A DNA stretch of 56,130 nt from Alphaproteobacteria bacterium. GTDB lineage: Bacteria > Pseudomonadota > Alphaproteobacteria > UBA9219 > RFNS01. The DNA lies in the NCBI GenBank assembly GCA_009927055.1, contig RFNS01000252.1:1-56130 (forward strand), given 5' to 3'. A program made the translations under genes and the position numbers. Shown here piece by piece: positions 1 through 9,836 of this stretch (the first letter of the stretch is position 1; every line of letters begins with the position of its first letter). Under the pieces are notes generated by a model. It did no database searches, had not been told where the DNA came from, and was given only the letters and a program-made list of their open reading frames with translations.

Positions 1-790
1 GACGCTTCATGCGCTTCAACACCATATCATCGCCCGCTTGCAAACTGAGATGCAGGTGCGGCATCAAGCGCCTGTCATGTTCAAACGCATGCCACAAATC
101 ATCATCTATTTCAGCGGGATCGAGCGATGATAAGCGCAAGCGCGGCAATTGCGGCACCAAGGCCAGCAGGCGACGCACCATTTGGCCAAGGCGCGGCTGG
201 CCAGGCAAATCGTGCCCATAGCTGGTTAAATCGACCCCCGTCAGCACAATTTCATTGTAACCATCGGCCACCAGCTGCGCCACCTGCTGCACAATGCTGC
301 CCACCGGCACACTGCGCGATGGCCCGCGGCCAAACGGAATAATGCAGAAGGTGCAGCGATGATCGCACCCGTTTTGAACCTGCACAAAGGCGCGCGCGCG
401 GCCATCAAACCCAGGCACCAGATGGTTGGCCACATCGCGCACCTGCTGAATATCTTGCACCATCACGCGCTCTGAAAGATTTTGAAACGCCTCGGCCTTC
501 AATTTCATATCGTTGCCGATTAAGTGATCAACTTCGCTGAGGGCGGCATATTTTTCGGGCGCAATTTGTGCGGCACAGCCGGTCACAATAATTTTGGCAT
601 GGGGCCTTTCGCGCCTGATTTTGCGAATAGTCTGGCGCGCCTGCCGTTCCGCCTCTGCCGTCACGGCGCAAGTGTTGATGATGACCGAATCATCAAGGCC
701 CGCCGCCTCGGCGTGCGCCTTCATCACTTCGCTTTCATAGGCGTTCAGCCTGCAACCAAACGTAATGACATCGGGTGCTCGCGCGCGCAT
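1..790 (-). CDS. mtaB: MtaB-like radical SAM tRNA methylthiotransferase, N-terminal part (gene runs off the left edge)
   Basis: Absent from the ORF track because it is open at the window edge. Manual minus-strand translation from the ATG at 790 gives MRARAPDVITFGCRLNAYESEVMKAHAEAAGLDDSVIINTCAVTAEAERQARQ...VQNGCDHRCTFCIIPFGRGPSRS. This shows the MiaB/MtaB N-terminal domain plus the CxxxCxxC radical-SAM motif. Confidence 0.75.
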   Translation of the reverse strand, partial: MRARAPDVITFGCRLNAYESEVMKAHAEAAGLDDSVIINTCAVTAEAERQARQTIRKIRRERPHAKIIVTGCAAQIAPEKYAALSEVDHLIGNDMKLKAEAFQNLSERVMVQDIQQVRDVANHLVPGFDGRARAFVQVQNGCDHRCTFCIIPFGRGPSRSVPVGSIVQQVAQLVADGYNEIVLTGVDLTSYGHDLPGQPRLGQMVRRLLALVPQLPRLRLSSLDPAEIDDDLWHAFEHDRRLMPHLHLSLQAGDDMVLKRMKR

Positions 791-807
791 GACACCCTGC
801 CTGGCAA

Positions 808-1452
808 TTATCGGGTTGCCACCAGCGGCTGGGGGCCGGCTTCTTGATCATCCGCATCATCGGGCGGTGTGAAAAAGCTTGGCTTGCGGGTGCTTTCCAC
901 CTGCGCGCCTTCTGTTTCTTCCGCGGCAGGGGCGCCCATGGGCAAAGGTGGCACGCCGCCCATGGGGGGCTGCGGACCATTCATCACCTGCATGCTGGCG
1001 GGGGGGTGCTGCTCCACGCCCGGTTGCGGAGCATAGCCATTGGGTTGCGGGGCAAAGCCACGCGCCTGTTGCTCGGCCGCCATGGCTTCGTTAATGGCCG
1101 CGACAATACGCCCATAATGCTCGGCGTGCTGAAAATAATTTTCGGCCAGAATTTTATCGCCGCCCGACTGCGCATCGCGCCCCAGCGACATATATTTCTC
1201 GTGCACCTGCCAGGCATTGCCGCGCACGCGCACATCGGGCCCGTTGCTGTCAAATGTCTGATGCCGCAAAGCCGCCGCCGAGCGTGGCTGCGCGCCGTTG
1301 CCCGTGTTAGAAGGCCCAAAACTGCCGCCGCCGTTGCCGCGGGGCGTAAATTGCCTGCGCCCGCCGCCCTGATGACCACCGCCGCGTCGTCCACCACCAC
1401 CTTGTCGCATCATACTGCCTTCCTGTTCGTCCAGATTCTCTGGTTGTTTCAT
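808..1452 (-). CDS. DUF4167-like Gly/Arg/Pro-rich conserved alphaproteobacterial protein
   Basis: ORF 808..1515. It has the conserved block GGDKILAENYFQHAEHYGRI, which I recall from DUF4167. Start chosen at MKQPENL (1452), with MMRQGGGG (1413) as an alternative. The stop lies 18 nt upstream of the mtaB start, so the two genes look operonic. Confidence 0.6.
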   Translation of the reverse strand: MKQPENLDEQEGSMMRQGGGGRRGGGHQGGGRRQFTPRGNGGGSFGPSNTGNGAQPRSAAALRHQTFDSNGPDVRVRGNAWQVHEKYMSLGRDAQSGGDKILAENYFQHAEHYGRIVAAINEAMAAEQQARGFAPQPNGYAPQPGVEQHPPASMQVMNGPQPPMGGVPPLPMGAPAAEETEGAQVESTRKPSFFTPPDDADDQEAGPQPLVATR

Positions 1453-1570
1453 CGCTGCTTCGCACTTTGGCGCAGTGGGAGGCAAAAAGGCCAAACCACC
1501 CAGCGGATGCACCACCTAAGCAAACTACCGCCCTTTGGGCAAGGGGGGATTTACTTTGTAGTTAAATGAA

Positions 1571-1601
1571 TAAAAAAAGCCCCCAGATTTCTCTGAGGGC
1601 T
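1571..1601 (-). terminator. Rho-independent terminator downstream of the 214-aa islet gene
   Basis: Hairpin agcccccag-atttct-ctgagggct (1578-1601, one mismatch). It is followed on the minus strand by a T-run (plus-strand a-run 1572-1578), about 20 nt after the stop at 1623. Confidence 0.6.
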
Positions 1602-1622
1602 GAGTGTCAATTATCAACTCAA

Positions 1623-2267
1623 TTAGCGTGAAAGTGCTGGAAGATAGTTTTTCACAGTTGAAATGCCATAGCGAGCATAATCAGCAGCAACATCAGCATA
1701 CGATGCAAGAGAACTACCGTATTTTGCAAAGGCTTGCTGAAATGTCTCACGACCATCCAATCCCATATGAGCACCAACTAATAATCCCAAAACGCCAATG
1801 GTAAATGGCCAGAAGTTAGGATCAGTAGCTGTCGCAACAACACGACGTCCAGATTGCCTTCCTCGCAAATCTATCCCAGTTGCAGCATTGATCACAGCTG
1901 CAACACCACCGCCTACTTTTTTCAACGACCATGTTACAGGCTTAAATATAATGCCTGCAACCTTGAAAAGCTGACCAACACCAACACCAATAACTGTACC
2001 ACTGACCGCACCTGCAGCTAAACCCCAGCCGTAGTGAGCATTTTCAATTGTTTGACTGACGACCTGCCCCAATGGGATGCCGTTTTTAACAGCCGTCGCC
2101 GCCGTAAATGCACCAGCGAGACCAGTGCCAAGCAGCAACACAGTCGCAACATAGTTTTTACAAAGATCAATTGCTTGACTCAAGCCTATGGGAAGGAAAC
2201 TACCTCCTCCACCATTAGCCATCGTGCCATCGGGATCAATTTGTAAGTTAATGCTATCGCTTGCCAT
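1623..2267 (-). CDS. Hypothetical glycine-rich multi-pass membrane protein (AT-richer islet, orphan)
   Basis: 214-aa ORF with GAGGAG about 9 nt upstream of the ATG and its own terminator. It has several Gly/Ala/Val-rich hydrophobic segments (LLLGTGLAGAFTAATAV, GLAAGAVSGTVIGVGVG, VGGGVAAVINAATG, IGVLGLLVGAHMG). I recognise no family. Composition is clearly AT-richer than the flanks. Confidence 0.6.
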   Translation of the reverse strand: MASDSINLQIDPDGTMANGGGGSFLPIGLSQAIDLCKNYVATVLLLGTGLAGAFTAATAVKNGIPLGQVVSQTIENAHYGWGLAAGAVSGTVIGVGVGQLFKVAGIIFKPVTWSLKKVGGGVAAVINAATGIDLRGRQSGRRVVATATDPNFWPFTIGVLGLLVGAHMGLDGRETFQQAFAKYGSSLASYADVAADYARYGISTVKNYLPALSR

Positions 2268-2480
2268 GGATAAAAACTCCTCACACTGAAAAACAACCTT
2301 GATGGCCAGGTTGCAAAACCCTGCCCACGTCTGGGCTTAAAAATTAGTAAACCAATTTACCAAAAAATACAAGAATTGATGGTTAATAATGCTTTTTGCC
2401 CTATTCTTGACAAATTATTTTAATTTATAAAACAATAAGTTCAGTGGTTAATTTCAGAGAAAATACTTATACCCCTTCCC

Positions 2481-3548
2481 TTAAATACCTGAGGCCTTCA
2501 CCAAAATTCTCGCCGCATCGATGGCGGCATAGGTGACAATCGCATCGGCCCCCGCACGCTTAAAGCAGGTGAGTGATTCCATAAGGCAGCGCGGATAATC
2601 CAGCCAGCCGGCTTCGGTGGCCGCGCGCAGCATGGCATATTCGCCCGACACCTGAAACGCCACCACAGGCACCCCAAAGCTTGTTTTGATGCGGTGAATG
2701 ATATCGAGATAGGGCATGCCTGGTTTCACCATCACCAAATCGGCCCCTTCCTGCACATCCAGCGCCACTTCGCGCATCGCTTCGTCGGTGTTGGCGGGGT
2801 CCATTTGATAGGTTTTTTTATCGCCTTTCAGCAGCCCTTTGTTTTTCAGCGCATCACGATAAGGGCCATAAAAACCACTGGCATATTTGGCCGCGTACGA
2901 AAGCAGGCGCACATTCTCATACCCTTGGTCATCCAAATAATCGCGCAGGGCGCCAATGCGGCCATCCATCATGTCAGAGGGGGCAATCATATCGCAGCCC
3001 GCATCGGCCAAAAGGTGGGCCTGCTTGCACATAATATCGATGGTGTCGTCATTCACAATCACACCATCGCGCAGCACGCCATCATGCGCATGATCGGTAA
3101 AGGGGTCGAGCGCCACATCGGCAATCACGCCCATGGTGGGCAATTCGCGTCGCAAACTGCGGATGGCCCTGTAAATGCCCAGATGCGGGTTAAGGCACAT
3201 GCTGCCCGTGGCATCTTTTCCTTCTGGCCCAAAGGCGGGGAAAATAGCCAGGGCCGGAACCCCCAACCCATGCGCTTGTTTCGCCTCCTCCAGCAGCACA
3301 TCGGGGCTGAGGCGGCAAATGTGCGGCATGGATGGAATAGGCTCGCGCACACCCTGCCCTTCCACCAGAATGACGGCCCAGATTAAATCATCCACACTCA
3401 CCCTATGTTCAGCCACCAGGCGGCGTGTCCATTCATCGGCCCTGTTGCGGCGCATGCGCGTGCGCGGAAAACCACCGACTTGTGCTGAAAATTTTGTTGT
3501 GGCGGGTGCGGCGGCGGGGCGAAAAAGATTTTTAAGAGCGGCTGTCAT
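2481..3548 (-). CDS. hemB: Porphobilinogen synthase (delta-aminolevulinic acid dehydratase)
   Basis: 355 aa. Typical HemB blocks are RMRRNR, DLIWAVILVEG, ADVALDPFTDHAHDG, MIAPSDMMDGR, MVKPGMPYLDI and FQVSGEYAM. Confidence 0.92.
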   Translation of the reverse strand: MTAALKNLFRPAAAPATTKFSAQVGGFPRTRMRRNRADEWTRRLVAEHRVSVDDLIWAVILVEGQGVREPIPSMPHICRLSPDVLLEEAKQAHGLGVPALAIFPAFGPEGKDATGSMCLNPHLGIYRAIRSLRRELPTMGVIADVALDPFTDHAHDGVLRDGVIVNDDTIDIMCKQAHLLADAGCDMIAPSDMMDGRIGALRDYLDDQGYENVRLLSYAAKYASGFYGPYRDALKNKGLLKGDKKTYQMDPANTDEAMREVALDVQEGADLVMVKPGMPYLDIIHRIKTSFGVPVVAFQVSGEYAMLRAATEAGWLDYPRCLMESLTCFKRAGADAIVTYAAIDAARILVKASGI

Positions 3549-3627
3549 GGTCTTCCCTGCATCTTAGTTTTGCCTTAACCTAGCAGCTTCATAGGATGTG
3601 ACAAATAGACACATCTGGTACGCTTTC

Positions 3628-4737
3628 ATGCTTCAAAATCTTCCTGTTCTTCAGTCTGTCCGGGGCCAATTGGGCCTGTTGCGCCTTAACCGGCCGCAGC
3701 AGCTGAACGCGCTGGATATGACCAGTATCGAGCTTTTGGATACCGCGCTGGAAGAATGGCGGGATCACAGGGGCATTGGCGCGGTGCTGATTTATCAGGA
3801 AGGATGCCGTGCCTTTTGCGCGGGCGGCGATGTGCGCACAATATGGGATTTGAAACAGCGCGGCGATGCCTTTTGGCCCCATAACCTGCGCTATATCACG
3901 GCCTATTTCAGGCGCGAATATCAGCTGAATGATACCATTAAATATTATCCCAAACCCGTTATTGTCATCATGGATGGGTTGACCATGGGCGGCGGCGTGG
4001 GGCTTTCGGTGCATGCCAGCCACCGCCTGGCCACGCCCAACACAGCCCTGGCCATGCCCGAAGCGGCTATTGGCTTTATCCCCGATGTGGGCAGCAGTTA
4101 TGTGTTCAGCCGCCTGCCCGAAAAACTGGGAACACTGGCCGCGCTGACGGCGTATCGGTTTAATGCGGCCGAAAGCGTGGCCCTTGGCCTGGCGCATGCC
4201 ATGATGCCCGATGGCAGCACCGCCGCGCTGATTGATCATCTATCATCACACCCGCTGGCCGATATCGCGCACGATGATATGCACCACCTGCTGTCGCCCT
4301 ATCTTATTCAACCCCCGCAGGCCGAGGGGTTGGCGGGGTTGATCACCCTCTCGGCCACCCTGCCGTTTGAGAATTTAGAGGCGGTTGAAAAAAATCTGGC
4401 CGCCCTGCCTTCCACCCTCTTGCCACCCGCCATGCGCCATAACTGGCCCAGCATGTGCCCGCTCAGCCAGGCCCTGATTGTGCGGCAAATGGATAAGGCA
4501 AAACACCTTGGTTTCGGCGACTGTTTGCAGATGGAATATCAATTATGCTGCGCCATGCTGGCGGGCCCCAATTTTTATGAAGGCGTGCGCGCCGCCCTTG
4601 TGCACAAAGATCGCAAGCCGGTGTGGAATCCGGCACGGCACGCCGATGTGACACCCCAGATGATTGATGATGCCTGGTCGCCCCATCACAGCGCCACCCT
4701 GCCGCGGCTGGTGTTGCCTGAAGGTGACCATGCCTGA
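3628..4737 (+). CDS. Enoyl-CoA hydratase/isomerase family protein, 3-hydroxyisobutyryl-CoA hydrolase-like
   Basis: Crotonase-fold motifs are LNRPQQLNALD, AFCAGGDV, PVIVIMDGLTMGGGVGLS and AMPEAAIGFIPDVG, with the long C-terminal extension typical of HIBYL-CoA hydrolases. Start placed at MLQNLPV (ATG 3628); the track start at 3598 is also possible. Confidence 0.8.
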   Translation: MLQNLPVLQSVRGQLGLLRLNRPQQLNALDMTSIELLDTALEEWRDHRGIGAVLIYQEGCRAFCAGGDVRTIWDLKQRGDAFWPHNLRYITAYFRREYQLNDTIKYYPKPVIVIMDGLTMGGGVGLSVHASHRLATPNTALAMPEAAIGFIPDVGSSYVFSRLPEKLGTLAALTAYRFNAAESVALGLAHAMMPDGSTAALIDHLSSHPLADIAHDDMHHLLSPYLIQPPQAEGLAGLITLSATLPFENLEAVEKNLAALPSTLLPPAMRHNWPSMCPLSQALIVRQMDKAKHLGFGDCLQMEYQLCCAMLAGPNFYEGVRAALVHKDRKPVWNPARHADVTPQMIDDAWSPHHSATLPRLVLPEGDHA

Positions 4738-5350
4738 TCTTTCATGGGAAATTTCCCACGGGCGTGATGCTGGCAAAATCATTGGCGGCCTTGATGAAGT
4801 GGGACGCGGGCCGCTGGCCGGCCCTGTGGTGGCCTGTGTCGTCATTGTGCCTGCCCATATCTCGGCCCCACAGTGGCAACAAGTGACCGACAGCAAAAAA
4901 CTTTCTGCGCGCGCGCGTGAACATTTGGCCCCATTTCTTCACGATCATTGCACCTATGCGCTGGGCGAAGCCAGTGTGGCCGAAATTGATGCCATCAACA
5001 TTCTCCAGGCCACCTTTTTGGCCATGCGCCGTGCGGTGCAGGCGCTGCCCACCATGCCCGATCATACGTTGGTTGACGGCAACAAAATTCCGCCCCTGCC
5101 CTGTTCGGCCACCGCCGTTGTGAAAGGTGATGCGTTGTCACTCAGCATCGCCGCCGCCTCCATCATCGCCAAGGTGGCGCGCGATGCAATGATGAAAAAT
5201 TTAGGGGCCGAGTTTCCGCACTACGGCTGGGATCACAACGCCGGCTATGGCACAGCCGCCCACATGGCCGCGCTGGAAAAATTTGGCCCAACGCCATGGC
5301 ATCGCCGCAGTTTTTTAAGGAACATCTCACGGCCACGCGCTGCGGCATAA
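4730..5350 (+). CDS. rnhB: Ribonuclease HII
   Basis: Motifs GLDEVGRGPLAGPVV, DSKKLS, VDGN, IAAASIIAKV and GYG. The ATG at 4730 overlaps the stop of the upstream gene (ATGCCTGA). Confidence 0.9.
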   Translation: MPDLSWEISHGRDAGKIIGGLDEVGRGPLAGPVVACVVIVPAHISAPQWQQVTDSKKLSARAREHLAPFLHDHCTYALGEASVAEIDAINILQATFLAMRRAVQALPTMPDHTLVDGNKIPPLPCSATAVVKGDALSLSIAAASIIAKVARDAMMKNLGAEFPHYGWDHNAGYGTAAHMAALEKFGPTPWHRRSFLRNISRPRAAA

Positions 5351-5375
5351 CTTTATTTACACTTTGTAAACTATT

Positions 5376-5391
5376 GATTCAATTGTGAATC
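5376..5391. promoter_or_regulatory. Two GANTC (CcrM target) sites 40-50 nt upstream of ccrM
   Basis: GATTC at 5376-5380 and GAATC at 5387-5391, in ttGATTCaattgtGAATCttgaca. Methylation-sensitive control of ccrM promoters is established in Caulobacter. Whether it operates here is an inference. Confidence 0.35.
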
Positions 5392-5395
5392 TTGA

Positions 5396-6693
<1,298 letters not shown>

Positions 6694-6736
6694 GGTTTCG
6701 CATTAGGTTGAACGATATCATCTGAAACAACACACT

Positions 6737-6840
6737 GTCATTCCGGCGTACGCCGGAATTCATGGATAATGTTGTCCGCCAAACGACAACTTTGTTTGCG
6801 TAAAGATTGTTCCGTGGATCCCGACTTGCGTCGGGATGAC
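6737..6840. mobile_element. About 104-bp MITE-like element with hairpin-forming termini (GTCAT...ATGAC)
   Basis: gtcattccggcgtacgccggaat (6737-6759) and atcccgacttgcgtcgggatgac (6818-6840) are inverted copies of the same hairpin design. A second element of nearly the same length sits at 20822-20924. Confidence 0.6.
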
Positions 6841-6885
6841 ATAAGGTTATTGCCAGACATTGTTCATCAATTCGGTGCGCAAGAA

Positions 6886-7617
6886 CTAAGGCACAATCTT
6901 AGAAATCAGCCGGGTCAGCTTCGCATCCTGATAAAACTCTACGGCGTCCAGCTTCACTTCCATCAAATAATCGGAAGGGATGGGGCTGCGCGCATAAAGG
7001 CTGATTTTATCGGCATGCATCAGCGTCATAAGAAATTTCACATAAATTTTCTTGTCAGTGTTTCCTTGCAGCGTCATCAACTCGAACAACAGTTTCGATT
7101 GTTCAGGCGACATGTAAAGCCCTTCGATGGTGATGGGCCGGTCTGTGACAGCCCGATAAGCCTTGGGCAGTGCGGCAAACCCTTCGGGCTGGTCGGTGCG
7201 ATTGTTGGTCAGGTTGGGGCACAAATTAACGTCGGCCTTGGCAAAGAAAAATGTATTGGTGTTGCGAATGGGTGCACGGTCACTCAACCTGAAAATGCCC
7301 GCCCGAAAATCATACCTGTCCAGATACACAGGGCCAGAGATATAAAAGGCCTGCGGAAAGGTGGCGATGGCATCATCCATATTTTTGCGTATGGCATCGC
7401 GCACTTCTTCAAACTTAAAATCGTTCCTGTAAAAATATTGCACAATTTCGCATTCGGCCGCGCGGGCATAATCATCCAGCAGCGGGTCTTCGGCAGGATC
7501 AATGGCGCCATAACGCACCAGCGCTTTCACAATATTGGGCAGGGTTGGCTGAACATAATCATCGGCCCACGCGGCGCCTGAAAAAAACAACACTGTGGCC
7601 AAAAGAATCTTTTTCAT
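6886..7617 (-). CDS. Secreted hypothetical protein (signal peptide), translationally coupled to mutY
   Basis: Start taken at MKKILLATVLFFSGAAWA (ATG 7617). It overlaps the mutY stop by 4 nt (ATGA). I can name no family with confidence. Confidence 0.65.
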   Translation of the reverse strand: MKKILLATVLFFSGAAWADDYVQPTLPNIVKALVRYGAIDPAEDPLLDDYARAAECEIVQYFYRNDFKFEEVRDAIRKNMDDAIATFPQAFYISGPVYLDRYDFRAGIFRLSDRAPIRNTNTFFFAKADVNLCPNLTNNRTDQPEGFAALPKAYRAVTDRPITIEGLYMSPEQSKLLFELMTLQGNTDKKIYVKFLMTLMHADKISLYARSPIPSDYLMEVKLDAVEFYQDAKLTRLISKIVP

Positions 7618-8663
7618 GCTGCCTGCCGCCAATGGTGGAAAATTTTTTGCATCAATTTGGGCCACCCCAGTTTTTCCAGCGCGGGGGCAGAAAGCCATTG
7701 ACCATTCAGTTGAGGGGGGGTGCTGATGCGGGCCTCCATCACCTCAACATACAACCGAAGGTGGGTAAAAATATGGCTAACCTGCCCCTCAACCCGCCGC
7801 CATTGTGCCTTGATGGGGGGGGTGTGCTGATACCCCTCCTCCTCCCACGGCCCCATGGGCAAGGCCCACATGTTGGCCAAAAGCCCTGTATGGGGGCGTT
7901 GTTCAATATAAATTTTGCCGTGCTGATCACGCAGCACATAGGCCCGCGCATAGCACGACCTGGGTTTTTTTTTGGCCACTTTGGCCGGAATTTTTTCCTG
8001 CAACCCTTTTTGGTGCGCCACGCACGCCGCGGCCCAAGGACATCGCCCACAGGCAGGATGGCGCGGCGTGCACACAGTCGCCCCCAAATCCATCAGAGCT
8101 TGGGCAAAATCGCCCGCGCGTTTTTGGGGCACCAGCGCTTGGGTCAGCGCCGCAATTTTTTTGATATTGTCTTTGGGCGGCTGTGTCAGGCCATGCAGGC
8201 GCGATATCACACGCTCAACATTGCCATCGACCGCAGCCACAGGCTGATGAAACGCAATGGCCGCCATGGCCCCCGCCGTATAGGCCCCAAGACCTGGCAG
8301 TTTTTTTAATCCCTCAACCGTTTGTGGCCACAGGGCGGCGTGTTCTGTCACAAGCGTTTGGGCGCAAGCATGCAGCAGTTTGGCGCGCCGATAATAGCCA
8401 AGCCCCGCCCATGTTTGCAGAACCGTCTCAACCTCGGCCCGCGCCAGCGCCCGCACGGTGGGGAACTGCTGCAGAAATTTTGAATAATAGTTTTTGACCG
8501 TGGCCACGGTGGTTTGTTGCAACATCATCTCGCTGACCAGCACATGATAAGGATCGGGCTTTTGTCCGCCTTTAATACGCCAGGGCAGATCGCGCCCGTG
8601 CTGATCATACCATATGAGCAGCCGAGTAGTCAGCGCAGAGATTTTAGGCTTAGATAGCGGCAT
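7614..8663 (-). CDS. mutY: A/G-specific adenine DNA glycosylase
   Basis: HhH-GPD motifs LPWR, PYHVLVSEMMLQQT, LPGLGAYTAGA and VDGNVERV, a 4Fe-4S Cys cluster (CTPRHPACGRCPWAAAC) and a NUDIX-like C-terminus. Start at MPLSKPK (8663); the track start at 8693 is possible. Confidence 0.9.
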   Translation of the reverse strand: MPLSKPKISALTTRLLIWYDQHGRDLPWRIKGGQKPDPYHVLVSEMMLQQTTVATVKNYYSKFLQQFPTVRALARAEVETVLQTWAGLGYYRRAKLLHACAQTLVTEHAALWPQTVEGLKKLPGLGAYTAGAMAAIAFHQPVAAVDGNVERVISRLHGLTQPPKDNIKKIAALTQALVPQKRAGDFAQALMDLGATVCTPRHPACGRCPWAAACVAHQKGLQEKIPAKVAKKKPRSCYARAYVLRDQHGKIYIEQRPHTGLLANMWALPMGPWEEEGYQHTPPIKAQWRRVEGQVSHIFTHLRLYVEVMEARISTPPQLNGQWLSAPALEKLGWPKLMQKIFHHWRQAA

Positions 8664-9126
8664 GAAGCCCCTGCACCACGCCACCCAGCGCATCGCCCGT
8701 CAAGTGGCGGGGAAAGAATATGCCGCGCTGGCCCAGGTGCTGGAATATTGGGCCGATATTGTGGGGCCAAAGTACGCCAGCCAGTGCGCGCCCATCAAAA
8801 TCAGCCTGATGCCCAGCGGGCCGAATAAAAAAGTGGGCACCCTCACCCTGCGGGCGCCGCGCGGGCTTATCCCCGAACTCAGCTATGCACAGGTGCATAT
8901 TTTGTCGCGCCTGAATGGTTTTATGGGGCACCTGGGCATCGATAAACTGCATTTTGAAGCGTCAACCCAAACCTCTAACATGAAGAAACAACCCCAACAC
9001 ACTGATAAAAATAATGAAATTGAACCGCCCGCCGAACATATGCGCGCTCTTGAAAAAATATCTGACACAGAGCTGCGCGAATCTTTATATAAACTGGCAC
9101 TGGCCATCGCCAGAAATAAGGCATAA
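8662..9126 (+). CDS. DUF721 / DciA-like protein
   Basis: 154 aa from MKPLHH. The conserved gene neighbourhood (divergent from mutY, upstream of dsbA) and the overall N-terminal pattern are recalled from alphaproteobacterial DUF721 proteins. The assignment is from memory and the start is uncertain. Confidence 0.5.
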   Translation: MKPLHHATQRIARQVAGKEYAALAQVLEYWADIVGPKYASQCAPIKISLMPSGPNKKVGTLTLRAPRGLIPELSYAQVHILSRLNGFMGHLGIDKLHFEASTQTSNMKKQPQHTDKNNEIEPPAEHMRALEKISDTELRESLYKLALAIARNKA

Positions 9127-9216
9127 AACGGTTGGCAAATCGGGCTTGTTTTCAAAGCTTTGCCACACTTAAGATGTAAGCTTCGAATCGTGGTCTGTTT
9201 CAACAGAAAGGTTAAC

Positions 9217-9825
9217 ATGCGCACGCTGCTTCTTGTTTTGCTGATGGTTTGTGGTTTTACCCCCACCCCCTCCTGGGCCCAGGAACAAAAGGCCGATCCG
9301 CGCATGGCCGATATTGTGATGGGCAAGGATGATGCGCCGGTGACGATGATTGAATATGCCTCGCTCACCTGTTCTCACTGCGCGGCGTTTCATACTGAAA
9401 CACTGCCCAAACTGATGACCGAGTATGTCGAGGCGGGTAAATTAAAAATCATTTTCCGTGAAATCGCGTTCGATGCCGTGGGGCTTCAGGCCGCCGCCCT
9501 TGCGCGCTGCCTGCCGACTGAACGCACGCAACCCTTTATCAGCACGCTTTTCAAGCAGCAAAGCAGCTGGCTGAAAAGCCAAGACCCGCTCCAGACCGTG
9601 GCCCAATATGCCCGCCTGGCCGGCATGAGCGAAGATCAGGCCAAGGCATGCAGGGAAGATGAACCGCTGCTGACCGCCATCAGTCAAATCCGCATGGATG
9701 CCAGCAAAGAATATGATGTGAACGCCACGCCCAGCTTCATCATCAACAATGGCGCCGCCAAGATTGAGGGCAACCGCCCTTATGAGGAATTCAAAAAAGC
9801 CATTGATGCGTTATTACCCCAGTAA
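9217..9825 (+). CDS. DsbA-family thiol:disulfide oxidoreductase (periplasmic)
   Basis: Signal peptide MRTLLLVLLMVCGFTPTPSWA, a thioredoxin CSHC active site, and the TPSFIING motif near the C-terminus. Confidence 0.85.
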   Translation: MRTLLLVLLMVCGFTPTPSWAQEQKADPRMADIVMGKDDAPVTMIEYASLTCSHCAAFHTETLPKLMTEYVEAGKLKIIFREIAFDAVGLQAAALARCLPTERTQPFISTLFKQQSSWLKSQDPLQTVAQYARLAGMSEDQAKACREDEPLLTAISQIRMDASKEYDVNATPSFIINNGAAKIEGNRPYEEFKKAIDALLPQ

Positions 9826-9836
9826 AACAGGAGTGG

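Noticed and set aside
844-1569. 241-aa plus-strand ORF, with nested ORFs at 879-1094 and 984-1400
   Set aside because: They are antisense to or overlapping the DUF4167-like gene, whose conserved block is recognisable. Their composition is low-complexity.
6769-8309. Plus-strand ORFs 6769-7581 (270 aa) and 7545-8309 (254 aa)
   Set aside because: They are antisense to the signal-peptide protein and mutY. The first also starts inside the MITE-like repeat.
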